Positions 1 to 11,187 are shown, numbered from the stretch's first letter. The stretch: DNA of 64,000 bases from Malacoraja senta (GCA_038087875.1 CM075981.1:930001-994000), one strand, 5' to 3'. Notes: generated by a model not told the origin, from the letters alone. A program made the numbers and translations.

Positions 1-450
1 CCCATCATCATTCTTTGCGAGGGTCAGCCTAAGCACACCTCAACCCATTGTCTCCGGGCCAAAATATTGTGGGTTCAAGTCCGTTAAGGGGCTATGGATA
101 AAGCAAGAAAATGGGTTCAAGTGGATAAGGTAGATAAGCCCAAGATGTAAATGATCCTGAAGCCTGGGTAAGGGGCCTCTGAAACTTAGTCAAGACTAGA
201 TTTTACCTGCCTCAGTGACCAGTTGCAAATAAAATGATCTAACTTGAGCCCGTCCCTAGATACTGCCTAGCCATGGGAAATGGGGAGAGGGAGGGAAGTA
301 ACAGCGTGGAACTGCAGAACTATTCATAGCTTTTATAGCCTATTACAGTGCAAGAAGTAAGTCAAGTGTGTTTTATTGTCATACCGTATGTACTTGCAGC
401 AGCACAATCGAGCAATATACATGAATTCCTTTATCTTTTATCTTTTCCAA

Positions 451-807
451 CAGATGGCGCAACGGGCTAAGTGTTCGGCTGGCAACCGGAAGGTAGCCGG
501 TTCGAATCGCGCTTGGAGTGCATACTGTCGTTGTGTCCTTGGGCAAGACACTTCACCCACCTTTGCCTGCGTGTGAATGTGTTTGAATGTGTGTGAATGT
601 GTGTGAGTGATTGGTGGTGGTCGGAGGGGCCGTAGGCGCAAATTAGCAGCCACGCTTCCGTCAGTCTGCCCCAGGGCAGCTGTGGCTACAGAAGTAGCTT
701 ACCACCAGCGAGTGTGACTGAGGAGTGAATGAATAATGCGATGTAAAGCGCCTTGAGTATTAGAAAGGCGCTATATAAATATAATCCATTATTATTATTA
801 TTATTAT
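451..807 (+). mobile_element. tRNA-derived SINE with L2-type 3' tail (Mermaid/V-SINE-like), present in unit 1 only
   Basis: A-box-like tggcgcaacgg, B-box ggttcgaatc (~499), core gtccttgggcaagacactt, tail tgtaaagcgccttgag...aggcgctatataaat followed by (TTA)n. Absent from unit 2. Confidence 0.85.
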
Positions 808-1217
808 CAATGCCTGAACTGCAAATTTCTGGGTGAGATCTGTAACCAAAAAGATTCAACCATCATGACCACAGAAACTACCCCACAAAAAAGTCAATTT
901 CTGTAACTGAAGAAAGTTCGATTGAAAATGCTGGTCTTAGCAACATTGCTACAGAATGTCTTCTCAACTCTAGAGGTACTCCGTTCGAAATATGCAAAGT
1001 TCTTACTGAGCAGGAGAGTGCAGGGGAAAGGATGAGATTTTCCTTGGCTCAATTGTCCAGATGCAGTGAGGAGGGGTAAGTTGGGCCGAAGGGCCTGTTT
1101 CTGCATTGTATGACTCTATGACTCCAATGCAATCTAGCCTGGGAACAATTGTTTCTTAGATATTAAAGGATCTATGGAAATAGAACTAGTACTGGATATT
1201 GACATGATGAAGGATAA

Positions 1218-1264
1218 TACAATACAATACAATACAATACAAAGCCCTTTATTCGTCCCCGAGG
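1218..1264 (-). mobile_element. 47-bp retroposed LINE 3' tail with (TATTG)n, unit 1 only
   Basis: Flanked by ggataa direct repeats (1212-1217, 1265-1270). Unit 2 has the empty site tgaaggataagct at ~41861. Confidence 0.75.
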
Positions 1265-1636
1265 GGATAAGCTATGATTTCAATGCATGGTGTAGTTATG
1301 AAGGACCGAATGGGGCCTGACATATTTGTTCATTAATTTGTTCACCCTACAATACACATTTATTTGTTTTGAACACATTTCCAATCAATGTACAAGCACA
1401 TCAAAGGCCAACGTGCGATGGAATGAAACATTGTGTGTGAGCTGCATCTTGCTGTGGTTAACGTGCTTCCTGTTAATATGAGCAGTTGAGCAAAACACAA
1501 AAAAACACTTCAGTGGGTCAAACAGCATCTGTGAAAGGAAATGGACAGATGACATTTCAGGTCACGACCCTACTTCAGACTGGTGTTACTTTTCTCAGAA
1601 TTTGACTGCAGCAGAAACCCACAAACATACAATGTT

Positions 1637-1835
1637 ACACAAAAATGCTGGAGAAACTCAGCGGGATGCAGCAGCATCTATGGAGTGAAGGAAATAGGCA
1701 ACGTTTCGGGCCGAAACCCTTCTTCAGACCCGAAATGTTGCCTATTTCCTTCGCTCCATAGATGCTGCTGCACCCGCTGAGTTTCTCCAGCATTTTTGTG
1801 TACCTTCGATTTTCCAGCATCTGCAGTTCCTTCTT
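1637..1835. mobile_element. Fold-back Penelope terminal-repeat (pLTR) mini-element
   Basis: About 75-bp inverted arms homologous to the Penelope 3' end at 6691-6830. 14-bp TSD aaacatacaatgtt (1623-1636, 1836-1849). Counterpart near 42230-42430. Confidence 0.85.
1697..1730 (-). ncRNA. Minimal type I hammerhead ribozyme motif
   Basis: Minus strand reads GGU-CUGAAGA-A-GGGU UUCG GCCC-GAAAC-GUU-GCC. Catalytic core and stem II are intact; activity is untested. Confidence 0.6.
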
Positions 1836-2277
1836 AAACATACAATGTTCACTAGTTCATAAGTTCTAAGTGCAGAATTAGGCCTTTCGGCCCATCAAGT
1901 CCGCCATTCAATCATGGCTGATCTATCTTCTCCTGCCTTCTCCCCATAACCCCTGACACCCCCACTAATCAGGAATCTGTCAATCTCTGCCTAACAAATA
2001 TTCATTGACATGGCTTCCACAGCCGTCTGTTGAAATAAATTCCACAAATTCACCACCCTGGCTGACTAAAGAAATTTGGCCCATATCTCTGTAAACCTAT
2101 CCTGTCCAGATTCCCTCAGGTTCCTATTTAATGTTTCCCCCTCACCTTAAACCTATGTCCTCTGGTTCTCAAACTATGTCCCCTGGTTCTCAAGTATTCA
2201 GTAAGAACATGTAGACTATAAGAATGTTAGCTCAGGGAGAGCACCTTGCCCTGGCAGGTCAGTGTGTTTCAGGTAGA

Positions 2278-2535
2278 ACACAGTGGCACAGCAGTAGTGT
2301 TGCTGTCTTACAGCGCCTGAGACCCAGGTACGATGCTGACTTCGGGTGCTGTCTGTATGGAGTTTGTATGTTCTCCCTGTGTCCGCAAGGGTTTTCTCTG
2401 GGTGCTCCGGTTTCCTCCCACACTCCAAAGACATACAGGTTTGTAGGTTAATTTGCACAGTATATGGTATATGGGGTGAACACTGGTTGTCACGGTCTCA
2501 GTGGGCCGAAGAGCCTGTTTCCATGCTGTATCAAT
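2278..2535 (+). mobile_element. HE1/V-SINE-type tRNA-derived SINE
   Basis: Head gtggcacagcagtag, V-domain gggtgctccggtttcctcccaca...ccaaagac, tail gtgggccgaag.gcctgtttcc. Boundaries approximate. Confidence 0.85.
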
Positions 2536-2859
2536 AAAGTTTTCTTGCCAATTGCACACTCCAGAAGTAGATGGATAACAGTTTTGTCCAGAGCACAGGT
2601 GCCTTGTGTAGCTCTGTGGTTGTGCAACACAATGCAATGCAAAAAGGATCTGACTGGGGAGCCCTTCCCACCAACACACAAGGAAGGATGTTCAGTCGGC
2701 TTGAAAAACCATCGGGGAGGAAGTACCATAGACTTAACTCTGTAGTTTGCTTGCCAGTTTGCAAGCATGCAGCTCCCATGCTGCTAACCAGGGTTCAATC
2801 CTTGTTCTTGCCTGCAAGGTAAGTTGAAGGATATTTCAGACAATCACACATTGGCACAG

Positions 2860-3120
2860 CAGGTAGAGCCGCTGCCTCACAGCATACGAATCCTGGGTTC
2901 GAACCTGCCCTTGGGTGCTGTCTGTGTGGAGTTCGCACGTTCTCTGTGTGACCATGTTCGTTTCCTCCGGGTGCGCGGATTTCCTCCCACATCCCAAAGA
3001 GGTGTGGGTTTGTAGGTTAATTGGCCCTCTGCAAATTGACCCTCGTGTGTAGGGAGTGGATGCGAAAGTGGTCGGTGTGGACTCGGTTGTCCGCCGGGCC
3101 TTTTCCACGCTGTATCACTC
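2860..3120 (+). mobile_element. HE1/V-SINE-type SINE
   Basis: Same head, V-domain and tail motifs. Boundaries approximate. Confidence 0.8.
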
Positions 3121-3345
3121 TATAAATGAGTTTACCGGGTGCAGTTTAGTGTGCATTCTGATATTTGGATGATAACTTACACGAGAGACCACTGGAACAG
3201 CCAACACACTGGATATGCATTTCAGTAACAGATGGGATGAGACAGTGTGATGAAAGAACAATACATGGGATACTGTCTTGAATATGAGAAGGATCGTTAG
3301 CACAGGCCTTCAGCCAAGAGGTAAATATAATCCAAGCTTTATGTA

Positions 3346-3489
3346 TAAGAAGGAACTGCAGATGCTGGTTTAAATCAAAGATAGACACAAAATGCTGGAG
3401 TAACTCAGCAGGACAGGCAGCATCTCTGGAGATTCCTTCCCTCCAGAGTTGCTGCCTGTCCTGCTGAGTTACTCCAGCATTTGGTGTCT
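3346..3489. mobile_element. Fold-back pLTR mini-element
   Basis: About 50-bp inverted arms (gatagacacaaaatgctggag.../...ctccagcatttggtgtctatc). 16-bp TSD atccaagctttatgta (3330-3345, 3490-3505). Confidence 0.85.
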
Positions 3490-3721
3490 ATCCAAGCTTT
3501 ATGTAGTCTGGTTTACTGGCATTCCATAGAGCTGTACCTGCAGTAAGCATGCAATTAATTGCTGTGACATTTACAACACCAAGAGTGAATTTATGTTGAA
3601 TTTAGCTTTTTGTTGTTGTTATGTGCTTGTGATGCTGCTGTAAGTAAGATTTTCATTGTACCCGTGCCTCGCAGTATTTGTGCACATCACAATAAATTTG
3701 GCTTGACTTGACTGTTCGGGG

Positions 3722-4020
3722 TGGGACAGTGGAGCAGTGGTAGAGCTGCTGCCTCACAGCGCCAGAGAGCTATAGTTGATCCTGACTACGGGTGCTGTCT
3801 GCAGAGTTTGTACGTTCTCCCTGTGACTGCATGGGTTTCCTCCGGGTGCTCCGGTTTCCTTCCACATCCCAAAGACGTACAGGTTTGTCGGTTGATTGAC
3901 TTTGGTAAGAAAAATTGTAAACTGTTTCTAAAGTGTAGGATAGTGCTAGTGTACGGAGTGATTGCTGGTCGGTGCGGACTCGGTGGGCCGAAGGGCCTGT
4001 TTCCACACTGTATCTCTAAA
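3722..4020 (+). mobile_element. HE1/V-SINE-type SINE
   Basis: Full head, V-domain and tail. A second partial copy follows at ~4090-4225. Confidence 0.85.
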
Positions 4021-4323
4021 AGTAAAAAACTAAAATTAAAAGGCTGGACTATTTTCATCAATCATGGAAAATTGGATTACTTTTATTTTACACTCCAAAG
4101 ACGTACAGGTATGTAGGTAAATTGGCTTGGTAAATGTAAAAATTGTCCCTAGTGTGTGTAGGATAGTGTTAATAAGCGAGGATCGCTGGTCGGCGCGGAC
4201 TCGGTGGGCCGAAGGGCCTGTTTACTGAAGTATACTGAACTAAATTTGTTGAATTTAACTGAGACAACTTCAAATTCTAAAGTTTCACATTTTATCAGCA
4301 GTCTCATTCTGGTTTCACAATCA

Positions 4324-4334
4324 GGCTTCCTGTT
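4324..4334 (-). promoter_or_regulatory. Possible ETS-family site upstream of the leader exon
   Basis: aacaggaagcc on the - strand ~90 nt 5' of the ATG. ETS sites are common in leukocyte receptor promoters, but this is a motif match only. Confidence 0.25.
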
Positions 4335-4420
4335 CCCTGCTACCTCATTCTTGATACATGTCATATTTGTCAGACCATTCAGTCTGAGGACTAAGAGCTG
4401 AGCAGCAGATCAGTGCTAAC

Positions 4421-4478
4421 ATGGTCTCCGTGGATAAAACTATGTGGATTACAATCCTTCTCATTTATTCCCAGCCTG
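4421..4478 (+). CDS. CD300/pIgR-like receptor copy 1, exon 1 (signal peptide) MVSVDKTMWITILLIYSQP
   Basis: In-frame ATGs at 4421 and 4442, a hydrophobic leader, and a strong phase-1 donor G|GTAAGT that matches the phase-1 V exon. Confidence 0.8.
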
Positions 4479-4825
4479 GTAAGTAACAGCTTGATTTGGA
4501 CGTTCATGTGACCCGACTCTACGGGAAGTACGAGATAGTCACAAAGTGCTGGAGTAAGTCAGCGGGTCAGACTGAAGAAAAGTCTCGACCGGAAACGTGA
4601 CCCATACCTTCTATCCAGAGATGCTGCCTGTCCCTCTGAGTTACTCCAGCATTTTGTGTCTATCTTCGGTGTAAACCAGCATCTGCAGTTCCTTCCTTTA
4701 CATATGCTGGAAATACTTAGCAGGTGTGTCGAGAAAAATAGTTATCCTAAAACCTCACTCTATCTCTCTCCCCACAGATGTGGCGTGATCACCTGATTAT
4801 TTTTTTGTTTTCATGTTACCAAAGA

Positions 4826-5085
4826 CCTGGGTTCGATCCTGACTAAGGGGTCTGTCTGTACGGAGTTTGTACTTTCTCCCTGTGACCGCAAGAGTTTTCT
4901 CCCAGTGCTCAGGTTTCCTCCAACATCCCAAAGACGCACAGGTTTGTGGGTTAATTGGCCTCTATAAATAGGGAATATGGACTATGTAAATTATCCCAAG
5001 TGTGTAAGATACTAGGTCAGCATGGACACGTTGGGCCGAAGGGCCAGGTTCCATGCTCTACCTTAAACTAAACTAAACTAAACTA
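4826..5085 (+). mobile_element. HE1/V-SINE-type SINE in intron 1
   Basis: V-domain and tail followed by (AACTA)n. Confidence 0.8.
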
Positions 5086-5974
5086 AAGTAACAGTGTCAA
5101 AGTGCAAAGGGACCCTTTCTATTTATAAAATATTGTTTTATTGCTTGCTTGCTTGCACTCACTAACAGCAGCCAAGCAATAATGCCAAAACAATTGTCTC
5201 CATTTTACAACACTTCCTCTTATTTAAAGTTCAGATATTAAATTGTTTGACGTCTCAGTTCCTCTTGGGCTGAGGCTTAATCTTGCAATAAGTAGACATT
5301 TCCTTCTTGTTCTTGGACTTCAACCATGCATATTTGTCAAAGTCATCAGCATGCCATATTAATAATTTCTTGCGACCAAGTTATTTTTTTCAAATGTTAT
5401 TACTGATGCTCAGATGCATGAGCGAAGGCCAACATTGACTGTCTTCATTCACCAGATCATTTCAGGTAATCTAGGATCATTGCTTTACTAGTTTAGTTTA
5501 GTCCAATGAAGCCCAATTATTGATCGTTCAAGGGTGTAAATAGGAGGTCAGGACTGCGCTCTAGCTAGTGAGAGGATGGGTCAGTTGCCTGATAACAGTT
5601 GGGAAGAAACTGCCTTTGAATCTAGAGCATTGGGTTCAGTTTCTGTACCTCGTGCCCAATAGTAGACAGGTAAAGAAGGAGTGACTGGGATGAAACTGGT
5701 CCATGATTATGCTGGTGGCCTGTAATGGTCAGCTGGATGGTTGACAGGGAGGAGAAGGCTTTTGACCCCAGGACGGATATGGATGGACAAATCAGTAGGG
5801 CAGAAAAGTGGCAAAGACAGTTTAATCCAGAGAAGTGAGAGGAATTACATTTGACAAAGAGATCAAAATAAAGACATTAATAAATCGATGTTGAGGGAGT
5901 GTGGAGGAACAGAAGGACATTGAAGAATATTCTCACAGCTCATTAAATGCAACATGACAATTAGTTAGTTTAGA

Positions 5975-6245
5975 GATACAGCCTGGAACAGGCCCTTCGG
6001 TCCACCATTTCGAAGCCGACAGCGACTAGTTCTATCCTACACCCTTGGGGTAATTTACAGAAGCCAATTAACTTACAAACCTACTCATCTTTGGATTGTG
6101 GGAGGAAACTGGAGCACCCAGGGGAAACCCATGCGGTCACAGGGAGAACGTACAAATTCCATACAGACAGCACCTGTAGACAGGATCAATCCTGGATCTT
6201 TGGCGCTGTAAGGAAGCCACCCTTCTGCTGTGCCACTGTGCTGCC
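5975..6245 (-). mobile_element. HE1/V-SINE-type SINE in intron 1
   Basis: Reverse complement of the head, V-domain and tail motifs. Confidence 0.8.
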
Positions 6246-6690
6246 CAACTAGTGTAAACAGTTAGGACCAAAGAACTGCAGGTGCTGGTTTGTACCAAAT
6301 ATAGAAACAAAGTGCTGGAGTAACTTAGAAGGGTTACATGAACAAATCAAAATTCCCCCTCAGCTGTCTCCACCAAACACTTGTTATGCTGCCTGTCCTG
6401 CTGAGTTACTCCAGCATTTTGTGTCTACCTTCCACCTGTCACTTGCCAGGCTTTATCCCATCTCCACCTCTCTTCCAGCTTTCCCCACCCTATTTTAATC
6501 AGGCTGAAGAAGGGTCCCAACCCGACACGTCACGTGTCCATTCCCTCCACAGATGCTGCCAGATCTGCTGAGTTACATCGGCACTTTGTGTTTGACTCAA
6601 GGGTAAGTGAATGTCCAGACACGGGTTGGACCATTCGGCCTATCGTTGGTTAGGGAAGAGTGGGTGAGCCATCAAACGCTGTGTTAAGTA

Positions 6691-9527
6691 TTAAAGAAGG
6701 AACTGCAGATGCTGGAAAATCGAAGGTACACAAAAATGCTGGGAGAAACTCAGCGGGTGCAGCAGCATCTATGGAGCGAAGGAAATAGGCAATGTTTCGG
6801 GCCGAAACCCTTCTTCAGACTGATAGGAGGTGGGGAGATGAAAGGAAAAAAGGAAAAGCGGCGGAGGAGGAGCCAGAGGGCTGGGGGATGGGAGGACACA
6901 ACCAGAGGGCTGATGAAGGGGAGGGGACAGCAACGGCTAGCAGAGTTGGGAGAATTCAATGTTCATGCCCCAAGGATGTAGACTGCCCAAGCGGAATATG
7001 CGGTGCATTTCCTCCAATTTCCGGTGTTGCTCGCTGTGCCCATGGAGGAGACGCAGGACAGAGAGGTCAGATACGGAATGGGAGGGGGAGTTGAAGTGCT
7101 GAGCCACCGGGAGGTCAGGTAGGTTATTGCGGACCGACCGGAGGTGTTCGGCGAAACGATCGCCAAGCCTCCGCTTGGTCTCACCGATGTAGATCAGCTG
7201 ACATCTAGAGCAGCGGATGCAATAGATGAGGTTGGAGGAGATGCAGGTGAACCTCTGTCGCACCTGGAACGACTGCTTGGGTCCTTGAATGGAATCGAGG
7301 GGGGAGGTGAAGGGACAAGTGTTGCATCTCTTGCGGTTGCAAGGGAAAGTACCCTGGGAGGAGGTGGTACGGGAGGGAAGGGAAGAATTGACAAGGGAGT
7401 TACGGAGGGAGCGGGTCTTTGCGGAAGGCAGACATGGGAGGAGATGGGAAGATGTGGCGAGTGGTGGGGTCACGTTGGAGGTGGCGAAACTGACGGAGGA
7501 TCACTTGTTGTATGTGACGGCAGATGGGATGAAAGGTGAGGACTAGGGGGACTCTGCCCTTGTTGTGAGTGGGGGGGATGGGGAGAGAGAGCAGTGTTGC
7601 GGGGTATGGCAGAGACCCTGGTGCGAGCCTCATCTATGGTGGAGGAGGGGAACCCCCGTTCCCTGAAGAATGAGGACATTTCGGATGCCCTGGTGTGGAA
7701 CGCCTCATCCTGGGAGCAGATGCGGAGTAGACGGAGGAATTGAGAGTGGGGGATGGAGTCCTTACAGGAAGCAGGGTGGGAAGAAGTGTAGTCCAGATAG
7801 CCATGGGAGTCAGTAGGTTTGTAGTGGATGTCGGTATGAAGTCTATCACCTGCGATGGAGATAGTGAGGTCAAGGAATGGTAGGGAAGTGTCGGAAATGG
7901 TCCAGGTGTATTTGAGTGCCGGATGGAAGTTGGTGGTGAAGCGGTTGAAGTCAGTCAGTTGTGTGTGGGTGCAGGAGGTGGCACCAAAACAGTCATCGAT
8001 GTAGCGGAGGTAGAAGTCGGGGATGGGGCCCTGGTACGTATTGAACAAGGATTGTTCTACGTACCCGACAAACAGGCAGGCGTAGCTGGGGCCCATGCGT
8101 GTGCCCATAGCTACGCCTTGTATTTGCAGGAAATGGGAGGAGTCAAATGAGAAGTTATTGAGGGCAAGGACCAGCTCCACTAGTGGGAGGAGGGTGTCAG
8201 TGGCCGGGTATAGGTTGCTTCTTCGGTCGAGGAAAAACCGGAGGGCTTCGAGACCATCCTGGTGGGGGATGGAGGTGTACAATGACTGGATGTCCATGGT
8301 GAAGATGAGGCGGTGAGGGCCTAGAGAGTGGAATGCGCGCAGATAACGGAGAGTGTCTGAGGTGTCTTGAACATAGGTAGGGAGGGATTTAACCAAGGGG
8401 GATAGGATGGAGTCGAGGTAGGCGGAGATGAGTTCGGTGGGGCACGAACAGGCAGAGACAATGGGTCTACCGGGACAGTCACGTTTGTGGATTTTGGGGA
8501 GAAGGTAAAATCGGGCCTTGCGGGGCTGGGGAACGATGAGGTTGGAGGCTCGGTCGGGCAGGGCGTGGGAGTGGATGAAGTCGGTGATGGTGCTGGAGAT
8601 GGTGGCCTGGTGCTCGTCAGTGGGGTCATGGTCCAGGGGTATGTAGGAGGAGGTGTCCGAGAGTTGGCGCGTGGCCTCAGCTTTGTAGAGATCGACGCGC
8701 CAGACTACCACGACACCTCCCTTGTCGGCGGGTTTGATAACCCAATCTAGGTTGTTGCGGAGTGAGTCGATGGCAGTGCGTTCAGGGGGGGAGAGATTGG
8801 AGTGAGACGGGGAGTGGAGAAGTTGAGGCGGTTGATGTCACTGCGGCAGTTTTTGATGAAGAGTTCTAAAGCCGGAAGGCTACGAGGGGGGTTCCACGAG
8901 GAGGGGGTGCGTTGGAGACAGGAAAAGGGGTCATCAGTGGGGGGCGAGGACTCCTTCCCATGGAAGTGCGCTGTGAGGCGAAGGCGACGGTAGAAGCGTT
9001 CCAAGTCATGGAGGGCGCGGAACTCATTGAGGTGGGGACGGAGGGGGAGAAAGGTAAGACCTCTGCTGTGGACAGACCGTTCGATGTCAGAGAGGGGGAG
9101 GTCGGGGGGGATGGTGAACACCCGGCAGGGATGAGGGTTGGGGCCGGAGGAAGGCAGGTGGGTGGAATGGGGACGAGGCGATGTGTGGTGGGGGGGTGGT
9201 GGGTGGTGGGCGGGTGGTGGGTGGTGAGGGGGTGAGAGGGCTGTAGTGTGGGTGGGGAAGAGAAGGGGTCCCATAGTTGGAGAAGGATGGTGAAGTATCA
9301 GTGGAACTAACACTGTGGACTAGGCAGACTAGCGCTAGGACCCAGTGGAGTCAAACCCAGGAGGGTGGGAGTGAGCAGCGTGGAGGCTTCAGGCCCAGTA
9401 CACAGACCAGTCTGCAGGTGAGGCGACGGCTGCGGGCTGCTGGAGGGAGGTTCAGTGGCGAGGGTCGGCGGACCCGATGGTAGGAGTCCTCGGGCAGTGG
9501 AGTCGGGGTCGGCGGGGCTAGTAGATT
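6691..9527 (-). mobile_element. Penelope-like retroelement (RT + GIY-YIG endonuclease), frameshifted
   Basis: ORFs 7470-8711 (RT: GVAMGT, YLRYIDD) and 6937-7473 (C-x4-C-x2-C linker, LIYCIRC...IYIGETKR). 3' pLTR at 6691-6830. 11-bp TSD tgtgttaagta (6680-6690, 9528-9538). Confidence 0.95.
6787..6822 (-). ncRNA. Minimal hammerhead motif in the Penelope 3' pLTR
   Basis: CUGAAGA-A-GGGU UUCG GCCC-GAAAC-AUU. Penelope-like elements are known to carry minimal hammerheads. Counterpart at 47362-47397. Confidence 0.6.
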
Positions 9528-9577
9528 TGTGTTAAGTAGATTTGTCCTGTACATTTTCTGAAGATTTTTCTTCTCAG

Positions 9578-9904
9578 TTTCAGGTGGACTGTCCCTGTGG
9601 GGAAAGAAATCTGTAGGAGGAGTTGTGGGAAAAGATATCACAATCGATTGTCACTATAATGCATGGTACCGCTCACGCATTAAATACTGGTGTGACGGGT
9701 GGACTAACGCGTGTTTAATTGTAGTGGAAACAAATGGGCAACATGGACGGAGCGGAAGAGTGTCAATCACAGATAACCAGGCACAAGGAATATTTACTGT
9801 GACTGTGGAGCATCTTCACTCTGGAGATACAGGATGGTACAGATGTGGAATTGCTGCACCTGGCGTTGATCCATGGTTTAACGTTCATCTCCAAGTATCT
9901 GAAG
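9578..9904 (+). CDS. CD300/pIgR-like receptor copy 1, exon 2 (Ig V domain)
   Basis: ctcag| acceptor, GAAG|GTACGT donor, 327 nt, phase 1-1. Motifs ITIDCHY, KYWC..W..AC, RVSITD, FTVTV..L...DTGWYRCG give four Cys, as in CD300/pIgR/TREM V domains. Confidence 0.93.
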
Positions 9905-9924
9905 GTACGTTTTACATTTATACC

Positions 9925-10110
9925 AAGCCAATTAACCTGTAAACCTGTACGTTTTGGAGTGTGGGAGGAAACCGAAGTTTTCAGAGAAAACCCACGCAGG
10001 TCACGGGGAGAATCTACAAACTCCAGACAGACAAGGCCCCCGTGGTCATGATCGAACCCGGGTCCCTGGCGCTGTAAGGCAGCAATTCTACAGCTGTACC
10101 ACCGTGCTGC
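9925..10110 (-). mobile_element. HE1/V-SINE-type SINE just downstream of the V donor
   Basis: Reverse complement of head and V-domain. Mirrored at ~16625-16815. Confidence 0.8.
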
Positions 10111-10324
10111 CCTAAATGATGTACCAAAGGGATCCATGCCGGGATCACAATGCTGTTTGGCCGAATTCTGTTCTTACCCCTCCTGGGAGTTTACAGATGA
10201 CGCCCCTGGATCTTGAATAATGACGAAACGGCAAACAGGGAATTGTCTTTTATTGTGTAGGAAAGAACTGCAGATGCTGGTTTAATCGAAGATAGACACA
10301 AAATCTGTAGAGAAGATAGATTCG

Positions 10325-10815
10325 TCACTGGGTGGCGCCGAGATGGCAGCCTCGCCAAATCCTGTGTGTTATTTCAACATTTTTGTTATTTTTACTGTTT
10401 CTAAAATGTATGTTTTAATGTTTCGACCGTGGGGCTTGTGGACTTTAACACCATGAAGCCGCGGTCTCCAGTTAGAAAAGGCCGATTCGGGAGATCCATT
10501 CCGCGGAGTGTTTCCGTTCCGCCCCGACGCTGGAGTCTCCATCATCCCGACGAGAGGGCTTGAACATCGGCCCGTCGGCAGAGGCAGTGCTGAGGGTTCA
10601 AGGCCCCGACCACCACGGGTGAACAAAGGAGGAAGATGACTGAACTTTATTGCCTTCCATCACAGTTGCGAATGATGATTCCCCTGTGGTGGATGTTTTT
10701 GTTAAAATTATTGTGTATTGCGTTATTCTTTTTAACTTGTATGGCTGTATGATAACTCAAATATCACTGTACCTTTATTGGTGCACGTGACAATAAATGT
10801 GAACTTGAACTTGAA
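10325..10815 (+). mobile_element. Unclassified GC-rich non-autonomous retroelement with tgacaataaa(tgaact)n tail
   Basis: Related - strand copies at ~35075-35880 and ~37760-38160, and a truncated copy at 16078-16410. The tail resembles L2/Rex1-type 3' ends. Confidence 0.55.
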
Positions 10816-11004
10816 ATGCTGGAGTAACTCAGCGGGACAGGCAGCATTCTGGAGGGAAGGAATGGGTGACGTTTCCGCCCGAGACCCATCGTCAGACCCG
10901 AAACTTCACCCATTCCTTCTCTCCAGAGATGCTGCCTGTCCCGCTGAGTTACTCCAGCATGTTTTGTCTATCTTTAATTGACTTTTATTTCCTTTTCTCA
11001 ACAG

Positions 11005-11113
11005 AACCTAAATCTAATTCTGAATCGTCAACAACAGTAGCATTTACTTCAACTACAAAAGTAACACCTGAAAACAAATCTCAGGAAACCCCTGCGCCCA
11101 GTTTCGATAACAA
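11005..11113 (+). CDS. Receptor copy 1, exon 3 (Ser/Thr/Pro-rich stalk) EPKSNSESSTTVAFTSTTKVTPENKSQETPAPSFDN
   Basis: Polypyrimidine tract plus caacag| acceptor, phase 1 in. AA|GTATAA donor, phase 2 out, matching the next exon. Confidence 0.8.
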
Positions 11114-11187
11114 GTATAATTTTCACTTGCTCAAGTTTTGATTGGCCTTGCTTTTCAATATGAGGGGTGGAGACACAAGGAACTGTT

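Larger units (their letters stand above)
6976..10654. repeat. Inverted repeat, left arm (unit 1)
   Basis: Reverse complement of 16078-19769. Contains most of the Penelope element, the V exon, a SINE and a GC-rich repeat. Confidence 0.95.

Noticed and set aside
451-520. SINE heads as tRNA genes
   Set aside because: A/B boxes are present but there is no complete cloverleaf, and each continues into SINE body and tail.
2216-4116. Many 60-130 aa ORFs (e.g. MQINLQTCMSLECGRKPEHPE, MLENRRYTKMLE) recurring through the window
   Set aside because: They are translations of SINE and pLTR repeats or antisense frames of LINEs, not genes.
9578-9904. V exons as rearranging Ig/TCR V segments
   Set aside because: They end in a normal splice donor with no 3' RSS, and the KYWC/four-Cys pattern is CD300/pIgR-like.
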